The position numbers and the translations under genes are program-made. Below the pieces are notes generated by a model, which searched no databases, was not told where the DNA came from, and saw nothing but the letters and a program-made list of their open reading frames with translations. Positions 27,763 to 38,558 of a stretch of DNA of 64,000 bases are shown here, piece by piece (positions within the stretch are counted from its first letter, which is position 1; the number at the start of each line of letters is the position of its first letter). Source of the DNA: a virus; the IMG/VR virus record IMGVR_UViG_3300043313_000168, positions 2,978 to 66,977 of that record. One strand, 5' to 3'.

Positions 27763-27806
27763 GGGGTGCATGGTCAGGGTCCACAATCAAAAGCGTGGAA
27801 CCTCAC

Positions 27807-30104
27807 ATGGCAGGTATCGGTCAAGACGGCGTACTGCAGGTCATCCCTCCTGCCGAACTAGAGCGCCAGCTAGCACAGCAGGCAACCGACAAAGCAGCAG
27901 CGCTGCAGCCGGCGGCGCCGTCGTATCCCGAGCTCGCGGGCTATGTGAAAACGCAGTTCGAGATTTTTCGTAATCACCGCAATACGAACGCTGGGTGGTC
28001 TGACCGCATGCTGGCGGCGCTGCGCACGTTCAACGGCCAGTACGACCCGACTAAGCTCACCGAGATCACGAAGTACGGCGGCTCGCAGGTCTACGCCCGC
28101 CTGATCGCTCAGAAGTGCCGCGCTGCCGCCTCGCTGCTCCGGGACATCTATCTCGGCCAGGACATCCCGTGGGCGCTCGAACCGCCGGAGAACCCGGAGG
28201 TCCCGCCCGAGATCAAGCAGGCGATTGACCAGCTGATGCAGCAGGAAGCCGCGAAGGTGCAGCAGGCCCTCGGCCAGCCGCCGGACCCGGCCGATCTGCA
28301 GAACCGCCGCGAGGCGCTGTTGGAACAAGCCACCGAGGCCGCCAAGAAGAAGGCGGCCAAACAGTGCAAGATCGCCGGCGACAAAATTCAGGACATGCTC
28401 AAGCAGGGCGGCTTCTACCACGCGCTCGCGGAGTTCATCGTCGACCTGCCGATCTTCCCGTTCGCCTGCATCAAGGGCCCGGTCGTCAAGATCATGCCCA
28501 AGGTCACATGGCCCAAGGGCGGCGGCAAGCCGACCATCCAGCAGGTGCCAGTGCTGACCTGGAACCGGGTCTCCCCGTTTGACATCTGGTTTACGCCGGG
28601 CGTCGCCGACATCGCCAATGCCAACGTCATCGAGAAGCTGCGCGTCACACGCGCTGAACTCAACGACCTGCTCGACTTGCCCGGCTACGACACCGCCGAG
28701 ATCAGGGCGGTGCTGGACGAGTATGGCCGCGGCGGCCTCTACGACAACTGGGACACCACGGACGCCGAGCGCAGTGTGCTTGAGAACCGCGAGAACCCCG
28801 CGTGGAACAGGTCAGCGATGATCTCCATGATGGAGTTCAACGGCAACGTCCAGGGGCGCATCCTTCAGGACTACGGCCTCGCGGTCGAGGACGAGCTCCG
28901 CGACTACCATGTCAACGTCTGGGTCATCGGCTCCCACGTCATCAAGGCGCACCTGTCGCCGAGCCCGCGCCAGCGTCACCCCTACTTCATCACCTCGTTC
29001 GAGAAGGTCCCCGGCACCCCGGTCGGCAACGGCCTAACGGACCTGCTGTCCGATCTGCAGGAGGCGGCCAATGCCACCCTGCGTTCGCTGATCAACAACC
29101 TGTCGATCGCCTCCGGACCGCAGGTGGTGGTCAACGACGACATGCTGTCGCCGGAAGAGAACGGCGAGGATATGTACCCGTGGAAGCGCTGGCACGTCCG
29201 CAACGATCCTGTGGGCAACAACTCGCGCCAGCCGATCAGCTTCTTCATGCCGGCCAACAACTCCCAGGCGCTGATCCAGTGCTTCCAGGAGTTCGTCTCG
29301 ATCTCGGACGATGTGTCCGCGATCCCGAAATATGTGGGCGGTCAGGCGGGCGGCGGCGCCGGGCGCACCGCGTCGGGCCTCGCCATGCTCATGGGCAACG
29401 CCTCGAAGATTTTGCAGACCGTGTCCGCCAACATTGACCGCGACGTCATGGAAGAGGGGCTGTTGCAGCTGCTCGACCTGCTCCTGCTCACCGACACCAC
29501 CGGCATGCTGACCGGCGAAGAGAAGGTGACGGTCACCGGCGTGTCGGTCGCGATCCAGCGCGAGACCCTGCGCCAGCGCCAGATCGAGTACCTGACGGCG
29601 ACGAACAACCCGACCGACATGAAGATCATGGGCATCAAGGGCCGCGCGACGGTGTTGCGCTCCGTATCCCAGACCATCGGCATGGACGGCGAGATGATCG
29701 TGCCGAACGAGACCATCCTCGACAAGATGGAGAAGGAACAGCAGAAGCAGCAGGCCAGCGGCGGCATCGACCAGATGATTACCGCGGCGGTAAATAAGGG
29801 CGTCGAAGCAGGCGTGAAGCGCATCTCGACCGAGCTCACCTCGGGCGTGCTGGCCTCGCGCGCCCAGATGCCGGAAGGTCCGGCGACGCACATCGGGACG
29901 CCCGGCCAGTTCGAGCAGCCACAGTCACAAATGAGTGATCCGGGTATGGACGCCTCGCATGGCGGCCCGCCCAACGCGGCTGATGCCGCGCATGCGCAAG
30001 GTACGAAGCCACAAGCGCTGTCGCAGTCGATGGGGCCGCAGACACATCTGCAGGGCACCGGTCAGCCGCGCCCCGGCGGTAAAGTATCGGGAGGCGTCGG
30101 CTAA
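27807..30104 (+). CDS. Portal protein
   Basis: About 765 aa directly after TerL; podovirus portal-like segments (RVSPFDIW, GNGLTDLLSDLQ, RTASGLAML). Confidence 0.88.
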   Translation: MAGIGQDGVLQVIPPAELERQLAQQATDKAAALQPAAPSYPELAGYVKTQFEIFRNHRNTNAGWSDRMLAALRTFNGQYDPTKLTEITKYGGSQVYARLIAQKCRAAASLLRDIYLGQDIPWALEPPENPEVPPEIKQAIDQLMQQEAAKVQQALGQPPDPADLQNRREALLEQATEAAKKKAAKQCKIAGDKIQDMLKQGGFYHALAEFIVDLPIFPFACIKGPVVKIMPKVTWPKGGGKPTIQQVPVLTWNRVSPFDIWFTPGVADIANANVIEKLRVTRAELNDLLDLPGYDTAEIRAVLDEYGRGGLYDNWDTTDAERSVLENRENPAWNRSAMISMMEFNGNVQGRILQDYGLAVEDELRDYHVNVWVIGSHVIKAHLSPSPRQRHPYFITSFEKVPGTPVGNGLTDLLSDLQEAANATLRSLINNLSIASGPQVVVNDDMLSPEENGEDMYPWKRWHVRNDPVGNNSRQPISFFMPANNSQALIQCFQEFVSISDDVSAIPKYVGGQAGGGAGRTASGLAMLMGNASKILQTVSANIDRDVMEEGLLQLLDLLLLTDTTGMLTGEEKVTVTGVSVAIQRETLRQRQIEYLTATNNPTDMKIMGIKGRATVLRSVSQTIGMDGEMIVPNETILDKMEKEQQKQQASGGIDQMITAAVNKGVEAGVKRISTELTSGVLASRAQMPEGPATHIGTPGQFEQPQSQMSDPGMDASHGGPPNAADAAHAQGTKPQALSQSMGPQTHLQGTGQPRPGGKVSGGVG
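29779..29793. repeat. Dispersed palindrome copy 10 (ITAAVN in portal)
   Basis: TTACCG CGG CGGTAA. Confidence 0.95.
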
Positions 30105-30355
30105 TGGCTCTCCGCACAGTCGTAGTCGTAGCAGTGCCAACGGGCCCCACGGGCACGTATGAGCGCGTCAACATTTATGCCGGCTTCACCGGACCGACTG
30201 GACCGACCGGCGCCAGCGCATTCGAGACCTGCCTCCAAGCCACCGGCAACACCGGCGTGCACGGTCAGTTTCAGCGGGTCTATCCGTCCGGGGGTCCGAC
30301 CGCCGGAGTTCGCAACATAATCATCAGTGGGTACGTCGGAGCGACGGGCACTTAA
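30104..30355 (+). CDS. Small GPT-containing protein
   Basis: PTGPTG and [10 protein letters not shown] segments; TAATG-coupled to portal. Confidence 0.65.
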   Translation: MALRTVVVVAVPTGPTGTYERVNIYAGFTGPTGPTGASAFETCLQATGNTGVHGQFQRVYPSGGPTAGVRNIIISGYVGATGT

Positions 30356-30415
30356 CGGAAACGCAACACTCGGGGAATATCCCCGACATGAAGGCACATC
30401 GCCAAGGGGTCAGCT

Positions 30416-30931
30416 ATGCCAATCCTTTCATCCCGCAGCTACGATCGCAACACGATCGGCAACATCCTCAAGCAGGTTGTCGACGTCATCAACACTGGCA
30501 GCGTGGGTGGGCCGACTGGCTACACCGGTGCCACGGGCTTCACTGGTCCGCAGGGCGCCAGCACCGGCGCGACGGGTAACACCGGCGCAACCGGGCCGAC
30601 TGGTCCCACAGGTTCAATTTTTGGTTCGCAGGGTGCTCCTGGTCCGCAGGGTGCGCAGGGCTTGACCGGACCGACTGGTCCGACTGGTCCGGGTGCAACC
30701 GGTCCGCAAGGTCCGTTCGGCGCCACCGGCCCGAGCCCGGGAGCCACCGGCCCGACCGGAGCCACCGGCACGGGCATCACTGGTCCGACGGGTCCCGGCT
30801 TCACCGGTCCGACGGGTGCAACCGGTCCGACGGGCACCACGGCGCTCATCATCATCCCGCCCGCGGCCGATCCGCATGTGGTCGGGCAGGTCTGGAATAA
30901 CGCCGGCGTGCTCACCGTCTCCGCTGGTTAA
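30416..30931 (+). CDS. Collagen-like (GxT) protein
   Basis: Long GPT/GAT repeats; C-terminal [16 protein letters not shown]. Confidence 0.85.
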   Translation: MPILSSRSYDRNTIGNILKQVVDVINTGSVGGPTGYTGATGFTGPQGASTGATGNTGATGPTGPTGSIFGSQGAPGPQGAQGLTGPTGPTGPGATGPQGPFGATGPSPGATGPTGATGTGITGPTGPGFTGPTGATGPTGTTALIIIPPAADPHVVGQVWNNAGVLTVSAG

Positions 30932-30942
30932 GGGAGGCATAC

Positions 30943-31539
30943 ATGCCCGCAGCCTGGAACAGTTACCAGCTTCTTCGCCCACGTTTGCCGGGCACCTATG
31001 ACGACGAGCTTATTCCGATCGTTCTCAAGCTCGTCGTCGACCTCATCGAGACCCACGACATCCTTGGACCCACCGGCCCGCGCGGCCTCACGGGACCCAC
31101 GGGTGCGTCTGTGGGTGCGGGTGGACCGAACACCGGCCCGACTGGCTCTGGCCAGCGCACGGGTCCGACCGGTCCTTCGTACTGGGGCACGGGACCGACG
31201 GGCGGCACAGGTTACACCGGCTTGCCGGGCTTCACCGGCAACACCGGAACGACCGGCGCCACCGGCGCCACCGGCGGCACGGGACCGACAGGCGGCTCGA
31301 CCGGCCCTCAGGGCAGGACGGGACCGAACTCGGCTACCGGCGCAACCGGACCGACGGGACGCCTCTTCCGATCCGGCGGCCAGATCGGCACCGGACCCAC
31401 CGGCCCCTACGGCCGCGTGGTCACCGTGAAGTGGATACCGCCGTCAACCGACCCGTATATCGCGGGCGCGGTGTGGAACCCCGGTGGTCAGACTGGTGTC
31501 GGCAAGCTCCGTATCTCCTCAGGAGGAAGCGTCCAGTAA
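30943..31539 (+). CDS. Collagen-like (GxT) protein, paralog of 30416-30931
   Basis: Shared N-terminal I(L/V)K.VVD.I and C-terminal PP..DP...G.VWN segments. Confidence 0.85.
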   Translation: MPAAWNSYQLLRPRLPGTYDDELIPIVLKLVVDLIETHDILGPTGPRGLTGPTGASVGAGGPNTGPTGSGQRTGPTGPSYWGTGPTGGTGYTGLPGFTGNTGTTGATGATGGTGPTGGSTGPQGRTGPNSATGATGPTGRLFRSGGQIGTGPTGPYGRVVTVKWIPPSTDPYIAGAVWNPGGQTGVGKLRISSGGSVQ

Positions 31540-31572
31540 TCGCGACCTGTCCCCAACCAGGAAAGCATCCCC

Positions 31573-33549
31573 ATGCTCTGTCTGAATATGATCGTGAAGA
31601 ACGAGAGCGCGCGCATACTGCGAGCTCTCGACGCCGCCAAGCCATTCATCTCCACCTACGCCATCCTCGATACGGGCTCGACCGATAACACGGTCGAGCT
31701 CATTCGTGCGTGGGGCGTGGCCAACGACATCAAGGGCACCGTCGGGGCCGGCGAGTTCAAGGACTTCTCCCAGGCCCGCAATGACGCGATCGACCTCGCG
31801 AAGCGCTGGTGCTGTGAGCACCACTTCACGCACCTGCTCCTGCAGGATGCCGACATGCAGATCGTCGGCGATCCGAAGGCGTTCAACGGCTTGCAGGGTG
31901 AATGTTATGAGATGCTGCAGACCGGCGGCTCGGTGACCTATAGCAACGCCCGCGTGCTCGCGATCTGGTCGCTCGCCCGGTACGTCGGCAGCACGCACGA
32001 GTATCTTGACGTCGCACCCACCGCGATGATCGAAGGCGCCCGGTTCGACGACCATGCCGACGGCGCCAATCGGGTCAACAAGTTCGAGCGTGACGTCGAA
32101 CTGTTACTGGGTGACGTTGCAAAGGACCCGAACAACCCGCGCGCCTACTTCTACCTCGGCAACAGCTATCGCGACGCCGGCCAGCCGGCGAAAGCGGAAG
32201 AGGCCTACCGCAAGCGTATGGCGCTCGGCGGCTGGGATGAAGAGCTCTACGCCACCCAGTGCAGCATCGCCACCTGCCGCAAGGACCAGGGCGACGACGC
32301 CGGTTTCGTTGTTGAGATGTTGAAGGCCCACGAGCTCCGCCCGCAGCGCGCGGAGCCACTCTACGATCTCGCTCATCACTTTCGCGAGAGGGGACAGAAC
32401 CACAGTGCGATCGTGTTCGCTGAACGCGGTCTCGCGATACCACGACCAGACGACCGCCTCTTTGTGAACGACTATGTCTACAGCCACGGGCTGCGCGAGG
32501 AGATGTCGATAGCCGGCTACTATAGTGAGAGCACGCGAGAGAAAGCCTTCAAGCTCACCAATGCTTTAGCGCTCGACCGCAAGTACGATGGTCCACGTAA
32601 TCTCGCGCGCGCCAACATGGTCTACTATCTGCAGCCCCTTGATCGCTTCGCCCCGTCGGTTGTCCACAGCCGAATTGCAATCGAAGACCGTATCAATACG
32701 GGATACGTTGCAATGAACCCGTCAGTGTGCGAGACACCGTCTGGTTCTCTTGAGTGCCTAGTGCGGACGGTCAACTACAAGATCAACGAGCACGGTCAGT
32801 ACATGATCGGCCCGTTGGGATGTCAGGACGCTCCCATCATCACCGAAAACCATCTTGTGCGGCTGTCGCCGCTGCTTCGCATTGACGAAGCCATCCCTGT
32901 CAAGTGGGATCGCCCGCCGGCGCAATTCCCGCTGGTGATCGGCCTCGAAGACATGCGCCTGTTCTGGAAGAAGGGCGAGCGCCGCTTTGTGGCATGTGTG
33001 CGCGAGCAGAGCGTGCGCGGCGCTCCTGAACAGTGGGAAGGTGTCCTCAATCGACGCATGCTCGACGGTGTCGTCGCTATCGTGGAGAACGCTGTTCGGA
33101 TCAGCGATCCCGACGCGCACTGCGAGAAGAACTGGGCGCCGATCCGGATCGGCCCCGATTACAAATACGTCTATCGCCTCGACGTCATGCGCACGCTCAA
33201 CGGTAACCTCGTGAAGACTGAGCGCGACTTCGAGTGCGGCACCATCAGCGGCAGCAGTCAGTGGATCGAGTTTCAAGGCGGCTATCTCGCGGTGGTCCAT
33301 GAAGCTGTCGGCCACCCGGTCACCGGCAAGCGCATCTACCAGCACCGCTTTGCATGGACGACGGCGGGCTTCGGCGACATGAAGCTGACCCTGCCGTTCA
33401 CGTTCCAGGATACGCAGATCGAGTTCTGCGCTGGCCTCGCGCGGCACGGCTACTCCAAACTGATTATGTCCTACGGCGTACGCGACGAGGAGGCGTGGCT
33501 CGCCACGATCTCCCACGCTGACGTCGCCGCAATGCTGAGGCTTAAGTGA
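31573..33549 (+). CDS. GT2 glycosyltransferase with TPR repeats and a C-terminal beta-rich domain
   Basis: LCLNMIVKNE, DTGSTDNT, DFSQARN, QDAD, YVGSTHE; TPR RAYFYLGNSY; C-terminal GLEDMRL / EKNW. Confidence 0.9.
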   Translation: MLCLNMIVKNESARILRALDAAKPFISTYAILDTGSTDNTVELIRAWGVANDIKGTVGAGEFKDFSQARNDAIDLAKRWCCEHHFTHLLLQDADMQIVGDPKAFNGLQGECYEMLQTGGSVTYSNARVLAIWSLARYVGSTHEYLDVAPTAMIEGARFDDHADGANRVNKFERDVELLLGDVAKDPNNPRAYFYLGNSYRDAGQPAKAEEAYRKRMALGGWDEELYATQCSIATCRKDQGDDAGFVVEMLKAHELRPQRAEPLYDLAHHFRERGQNHSAIVFAERGLAIPRPDDRLFVNDYVYSHGLREEMSIAGYYSESTREKAFKLTNALALDRKYDGPRNLARANMVYYLQPLDRFAPSVVHSRIAIEDRINTGYVAMNPSVCETPSGSLECLVRTVNYKINEHGQYMIGPLGCQDAPIITENHLVRLSPLLRIDEAIPVKWDRPPAQFPLVIGLEDMRLFWKKGERRFVACVREQSVRGAPEQWEGVLNRRMLDGVVAIVENAVRISDPDAHCEKNWAPIRIGPDYKYVYRLDVMRTLNGNLVKTERDFECGTISGSSQWIEFQGGYLAVVHEAVGHPVTGKRIYQHRFAWTTAGFGDMKLTLPFTFQDTQIEFCAGLARHGYSKLIMSYGVRDEEAWLATISHADVAAMLRLK

Positions 33550-34235
33550 TGAAGGTCAAGCTCGTCACCGGCTACGTGCCGATCCCAAACCATCCGCGAT
33601 CCGCGGCTGTGTATGGTGCGCTGGGAGAGAAGCTCGGCGGCGTCCCCGTTCCGAAGAAGGCCTACTACGATCAGCTGCAGAACCTCTGGCTCTACAAGCG
33701 CGTGAAGGCGATGGACTTCATCCCCGCGATCTCCGAGGGCGACAATCCGGCGAAGAACACGCTGGCCTATCACGCTGTCAACCACGAGAAGACAACGTGG
33801 CTTGCGCAGGCGGCGGCCGACGATCCCGTGCCGGATGTCTTCGTCTGGGTCGACTACGGCATTTTCAATCTGCCGGGCGTCAATAACAAAGCGATCTTCG
33901 AGTTCATGTCGAGCCTCGACGATAGGGCGATCTACGCGCCCGGCTGTTGGGACCCGGCCCCCGTCGAAGCCAGCTATCCGTGCTGGCGCTTCTGCGGCTC
34001 TGTCCTTGCTGTCCCCCGCCGGTTCATCACTGAGCTCGATCACGCTGTGCGTGAGGAGGCCCGCCGCCACATCAGCGCGACGAAGAACGTCGAGTGGGAA
34101 GTCAACACGTGGGCGCGCGTCGAAGCCCGCCGTAAATGGAAGATGCCGTGGTGCTGGTACAAGGCGGATCACAACGTCTCCATGTTCACCAACGTCCCCA
34201 CGTTAGGAAACGCAAATGCTGTTCTCGCAGTTTAA
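33549..34235 (+). CDS. HtrL/YibB (WlaTC)-like glycosyltransferase
   Basis: LVTGY, K..WL, FVWVDYGIF, WRFCGS, WEVN. Confidence 0.7.
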   Translation: MKVKLVTGYVPIPNHPRSAAVYGALGEKLGGVPVPKKAYYDQLQNLWLYKRVKAMDFIPAISEGDNPAKNTLAYHAVNHEKTTWLAQAAADDPVPDVFVWVDYGIFNLPGVNNKAIFEFMSSLDDRAIYAPGCWDPAPVEASYPCWRFCGSVLAVPRRFITELDHAVREEARRHISATKNVEWEVNTWARVEARRKWKMPWCWYKADHNVSMFTNVPTLGNANAVLAV

Positions 34236-34767
34236 GGCCAACCGCCTCGCGGAGTTGCACAACGAACAGTGGGGTAGCGAACGCCTGCCCGACTTGATTG
34301 AAGTGTTCTCTGTCGCCCGCCCCAGGAGAGTGTTGGAGATCGGTTGCTACCGCGGTGTCTCGACGGAGTTCTGGGCGCTGACTTGTGCGCGCGTGGTTGC
34401 CATTGATCCGTGGGACAGCTTTCTTAGCGGCCACAACATGGACGCCGTCTGGCGCGAGTTTCAAGCGCGGCTGGTACACTACCCGCACGTTGAGGTTATC
34501 CCGGGCCTCGCCCTCTCTGCCGAGATACCCGCGCCGGCGACATTCGATCTCGTCTATCTCGACGGCGATCACTCCTGCGATGCTGTGAAGCGAGAGATTG
34601 AGCGCTTCCTCCCGATGGTGGTGCCCGGCGGATATATCGGCGGCCACGACTACACCGAGACCCCCACGCCAGGCGACGGCGTCAAGGCGGCGGTCGATCA
34701 GAGTTTTGGAAAACCGGCGGTCCGCACATTCAGTAATGGGTCGTGGCTGGTTCAAAAAGGAGAGTGA
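34216..34767 (+). CDS. Class I SAM methyltransferase (Methyltransf_24-like)
   Basis: VLEIGCYRGVS, AIDPW, FDLVYLDGDH, PGGYIGGHDY. Confidence 0.9.
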   Translation: MLFSQFKANRLAELHNEQWGSERLPDLIEVFSVARPRRVLEIGCYRGVSTEFWALTCARVVAIDPWDSFLSGHNMDAVWREFQARLVHYPHVEVIPGLALSAEIPAPATFDLVYLDGDHSCDAVKREIERFLPMVVPGGYIGGHDYTETPTPGDGVKAAVDQSFGKPAVRTFSNGSWLVQKGE

Positions 34768-34769
34768 CG

Positions 34770-35366
34770 ATGACAGCATTGTGTGATCTGGCGAAGAAGT
34801 ACGGCACCGACAAGGGTGCGCAGGAGAACGGCGGCTGGGGCTACACGCCGGCCTACCAGCAAGTCCTCGACAACATGGGGCCCGATCAGGTTCGCAACGT
34901 GTTGGAGATTGGCATCTGCGGCTATCGCGACATTCCGAACAACGTCGTCGGCGCGTCGCTATTCATGTGGAAGGACTACTTCCCGAAAGCCACCATCCAC
35001 GGCATCGACAACGACGGTCGCTTCATCTTCAACGATCAGGCCCGCATCAAGACTGCGCTGTGCGATGCCTACAACCCGATCGAGCTCGGCCGCGCGTTGA
35101 AGGACTGGGGAACGCCCCGGTTCGAGTTCATCTGCGACGACGCGATCCACGAGCCCATGGAGCAAGTGCATCTCGCACTGACGTTGTGGCCCTTCCTCGT
35201 GCCGGGTGGTGTCTATGCGATCGAGGACGTGTGCCCGGTGAAGATGGCCGGCGGCGACATGAACCACATGATCCAGCCGCTGCTGATGGCGTGCCCAGAC
35301 ATGGTGCAGGTGCGCGAGATCACCACGCACAAAGCCGAGCGGCTCCTGCTGCTCTTCAAGGCTTAG
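34770..35366 (+). CDS. Class I SAM methyltransferase (sugar O-methyltransferase-like)
   Basis: KYGTDK, Y..Y, VLEIG, GASL.MWKDYFP.A.IHGID, ICDDAIH, PGGVYAIED. Confidence 0.85.
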   Translation: MTALCDLAKKYGTDKGAQENGGWGYTPAYQQVLDNMGPDQVRNVLEIGICGYRDIPNNVVGASLFMWKDYFPKATIHGIDNDGRFIFNDQARIKTALCDAYNPIELGRALKDWGTPRFEFICDDAIHEPMEQVHLALTLWPFLVPGGVYAIEDVCPVKMAGGDMNHMIQPLLMACPDMVQVREITTHKAERLLLLFKA

Positions 35367-35377
35367 CACTTTCTTAA
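35363..35377. promoter_or_regulatory. CtrA-type box (1 mismatch) upstream of the head operon
   Basis: TTAG CACTTTC TTAA, then GCTACGGT about 10 bp downstream. Confidence 0.6.
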
Positions 35378-35422
35378 TGCGCCCGTAGCTACGGTCTCCT
35401 GGATCATAACTCCCAGGAGACT

Positions 35423-36307
35423 ATGGCTATGGCCAATTTCACCAAGAAGTCCGAGCACAACGTCGAGTTCGCCAAGGGCGGCAAGACCCATATGTTCGGT
35501 GAGCAGGCCGCGGACCCGCAGAAGCCGGCCACGACCAGCCCGACCGAGAGCCCGGCTCCCGGCGCCAAGTTCGCCTCGGGCGGCTCTCACAAGATGTTTG
35601 GGTACGCAGGCTCTCAGCCGGCCGAGGCCGGTAAGACCAGCGCACGCTGATGTTTCGCAAAACCGGAAATTCGCAAGGGCCGGGGGCACCATCAAAGGTG
35701 CCCTCGACTGGTGCTGTGTCCTCGCTAGGACCCAAGCCCGCGAAGCTCCGGCCGCCGAAGCAGCCCCGCGCACCCAACACCCGAGACTACGGGAAGAAGC
35801 CGCCGGCTCCCGTGCCGCAGCCCAGCCCGTTCGGCCCGGAGGGGTTCTGATGTTCAAGAAGGACATGACCCCCCTACGCCCCCATTCACGAGACGGTGAT
35901 AAACACGTGTCCGTGAACAAGGCATCACGCGCTCGTGATCTACCGAGCGCGGCCACCGGAGGCGGTCCAGCCTCCTTCCAGTCATACGCGAAAGCCACCC
36001 CCATGGCCCAGCCCTCGGCGTCACCCGCCGGTCAAGGTCTTGGTTCCGGGGCTTTCCCCGGGAACCCCATCGGATGACCACAGTCGACCTCATGAAAGAC
36101 CGGCTCCGGCGCCTGCGCTCCGCAGAGCCCGAAGCCTATGCCGAGTTCCTGCAGGCGTTCGACCTCTACACGATCGAGATCATGCAGGCGATGGCCCAGG
36201 CGCCCCAGGACGCCGTCCTCAACACGCAAGGCCGGGCACAGCAGTGTCAGGCGCTCATGCGCACCTTCACCGAACTCACCCCCCGAGCAACCCCCCCGGC
36301 CCCTTGA
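35423..36307 (+). CDS. Four small head-operon proteins (35423-35650, 35650-35850, 35850-36077, 36074-36307)
   Basis: Coupled by TGATG/ATGA; AGGAG RBS before the first, which has a duplicated FA.GG...MFG motif. Confidence 0.65.
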
Positions 36308-36334
36308 TAGGCGCCAAAAGGAAAGACCAAACCA

Positions 36335-37456
36335 ATGGTAGATACAATCGAAGTCACGCGCGACCAGCGCCCCATGGACCACAATCCCGTCGACACCAGT
36401 GTCGCCCTCCCGAAGCACGTGCAGGAAGCTGCGCGCGCCGCCGAGGCGTTGCATGGCCGACTGTATCCAGCTGAGGCCGAGCCAGAGCCGGCGCCAGACA
36501 AAACACAAGCTGCGCAAGCGGAGCCAGAGCCGGCTCAGCAGCACCCTGCCCAGGGGGATCAGCAGGTCCAGCCACAAATTACCGCCACGGTAAATCAAAA
36601 CACCGATCCGTTCGTCGAAGCGGCCACTCCGTCCGAGTTGAAGGACAGCGTCTGGGCCCAGCGCTATAACTCGATGCGCGGTCGCTGGGAGGCACAGTCC
36701 CGAGAAATTGGGCAACTTCAACAGCTTGTCAACGATCTCGGGCAGGAACTGCGCGCCACCCAGCAGGCCATTGCGGCTCCGCAGGCTCAGGCCCAGACCC
36801 CCCGCGATCACGAAAAGTTGATCACCGATAAGGACCGGGAGACCTTTGGCGACGACCTGATCGACGTTGCCCGCAAGGCCGCGCGCGAGGCGATTGCCCC
36901 CGATCTGGACGCCCTCCGCAACGAGAACGCAAACCTGAATAAGCGAGTAACTACAACGGCTCAGGGGGAGTTGCGCGCCTCGCTCGCCGCTGCCGTGCCG
37001 AACTGGATCAACATCAATCGCGACGCTCGTTTCCACGGATGGCTGCGTTTACGAAATCCTTACACTGGTCAGGTACGAGGAGAACTGTTGAACGCCGCAT
37101 ACCGGGCAGCGAACGCTCCCCAGGTGATCGCGACGTTCAAGGACTTCCTTAGTGAGGTCCGGGCCACGGGCGGAGAAGTCCCGGGTCAAAGGCAAGAGCA
37201 GCAGCAGGCCCCCGCGGGTCAGCAAGCTCCTCATGAGCCGGCGATCCAGTTGGACACTCTCGCTGCTCCTGGAAGGGCAAGGCCGGCAGGTGGCGACAGC
37301 CAAGTGCCCGCAGACAAGCCGATCTACAGCCGCGCTCAAATCTCGAACTTCTATCGCGATGTGCGTCGAAACGCTTACGCCGGCCGAGAGGCCGACAAGA
37401 ACCGGATCGAGGCAGACATCATCGCAGCGCAGTCCGAGGGACGGGTCCGCGGTTAA
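36335..37456 (+). CDS. Capsid scaffolding protein
   Basis: Gln/Ala-rich coiled coil immediately upstream of MCP; C-terminal IIAAQSEGRV. Confidence 0.75.
   Translation: MVDTIEVTRDQRPMDHNPVDTSVALPKHVQEAARAAEALHGRLYPAEAEPEPAPDKTQAAQAEPEPAQQHPAQGDQQVQPQITATVNQNTDPFVEAATPSELKDSVWAQRYNSMRGRWEAQSREIGQLQQLVNDLGQELRATQQAIAAPQAQAQTPRDHEKLITDKDRETFGDDLIDVARKAAREAIAPDLDALRNENANLNKRVTTTAQGELRASLAAAVPNWININRDARFHGWLRLRNPYTGQVRGELLNAAYRAANAPQVIATFKDFLSEVRATGGEVPGQRQEQQQAPAGQQAPHEPAIQLDTLAAPGRARPAGGDSQVPADKPIYSRAQISNFYRDVRRNAYAGREADKNRIEADIIAAQSEGRVRG
36579..36593. repeat. Dispersed palindrome copy 11 (ITATVN)
   Basis: TTACCG CCA CGGTAA. Confidence 0.95.
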
Positions 37457-37523
37457 CCGGGGGTCTGCATTCGCCAGTAACGGAGAGACCCCTTCCAGAA
37501 GCAACAAGTAAGGGGTCTCAGCC

Positions 37524-38534
37524 ATGTCCATTCCCAGTTCAGGTTTTCCGGGCGCAACGTCCGGCTCCACGCCAGCAATCTACCCTACCGGCTCTTCGAC
37601 GAACGGCCTGCAGTCCACCGGGTTCATCCCCGAGATTTGGTCTGGCAAGCTGGTCGAGAAGTTCTACGCGTCCACCGTCCTCGCGGCGATCTCGAACACC
37701 GACTACGAAGGTGAGATCAAGAACAAGGGCGACCGCGTCAAAATCCGCACCAAGCCCACCATCACGATCCGCGACTACAAGTCCGACGGCTTGCTTGGCC
37801 TTGACCGCCCGACCGGCGGCAGCGTCGAGCTCTACATCGGCAACGGCAAGTACTTCTCGCTGATCCTCGATGACGTCATGGAAATTCAGAGCGATCTGAA
37901 CAACCTGTCGATGTGGTCGGACGACGCTGCTCAGCAGCTGAAGATTACCGTCGACACGGACGTGCTCGGCGGCATCGTCAACCAGATGGCTGCTGCCAAC
38001 CGTGGTATCGCGGCCGGCGTCATCACCGGCGCCATCAACCTCGGCATCAAGAGCACGCCCCTCTCGGTCGTGTCCAAGAACCCGGGCGTGGGTGACGTCG
38101 AACTCCTGGACGTGTTGATGCGCATGGGTCAGGTGCTCGACGAGCAGAACATTCCGGAAGTCGGCCGCTGGGTCGTCATGCCGGCGTGGGCTGGCCGTAT
38201 GATCAAGCAGTCGGAGCTCCGTCAGGCTTACCTGTCCGGTGACAGCGTCTCGATGCTGCGCAACGGCCGGCTCGGCATGGTGGATCGGTTCACGATCTAC
38301 ATCTCGAACCTCCTGCCGAACAACAGCACCGACAGCACCAACTTCGCTGCGGGCGAGTGGCCGATCTATGCGGGCCATGCGCACGGTCTGACGTTCGCGT
38401 CGCAGATCAGCAAGGTCGAGACCCTGCGGTCGGAACTGACCTTCGGCCAAATCCTGCGCGGTCTGCAGGTCTACGGCTATCAGGTCGTCGACGGTAAGGC
38501 CCTGGTCCAGGCTCAGGTCACGCCGAACAGCTAA
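37524..38534 (+). CDS. Major capsid protein
   Basis: FIPEIWSGKL..KFY...NTDYEGEI...GD.V.I; RGLQVYGY.VV; followed by a terminator. Confidence 0.9.
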   Translation: MSIPSSGFPGATSGSTPAIYPTGSSTNGLQSTGFIPEIWSGKLVEKFYASTVLAAISNTDYEGEIKNKGDRVKIRTKPTITIRDYKSDGLLGLDRPTGGSVELYIGNGKYFSLILDDVMEIQSDLNNLSMWSDDAAQQLKITVDTDVLGGIVNQMAAANRGIAAGVITGAINLGIKSTPLSVVSKNPGVGDVELLDVLMRMGQVLDEQNIPEVGRWVVMPAWAGRMIKQSELRQAYLSGDSVSMLRNGRLGMVDRFTIYISNLLPNNSTDSTNFAAGEWPIYAGHAHGLTFASQISKVETLRSELTFGQILRGLQVYGYQVVDGKALVQAQVTPNS

Positions 38535-38543
38535 CCGCTGCTC

Positions 38544-38558
38544 TAAACGAATGCTTAA
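38544..38558. promoter_or_regulatory. CtrA-type box (1 mismatch) upstream of the neck/tail genes
   Basis: TAAA CGAATGC TTAA. Confidence 0.6.
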
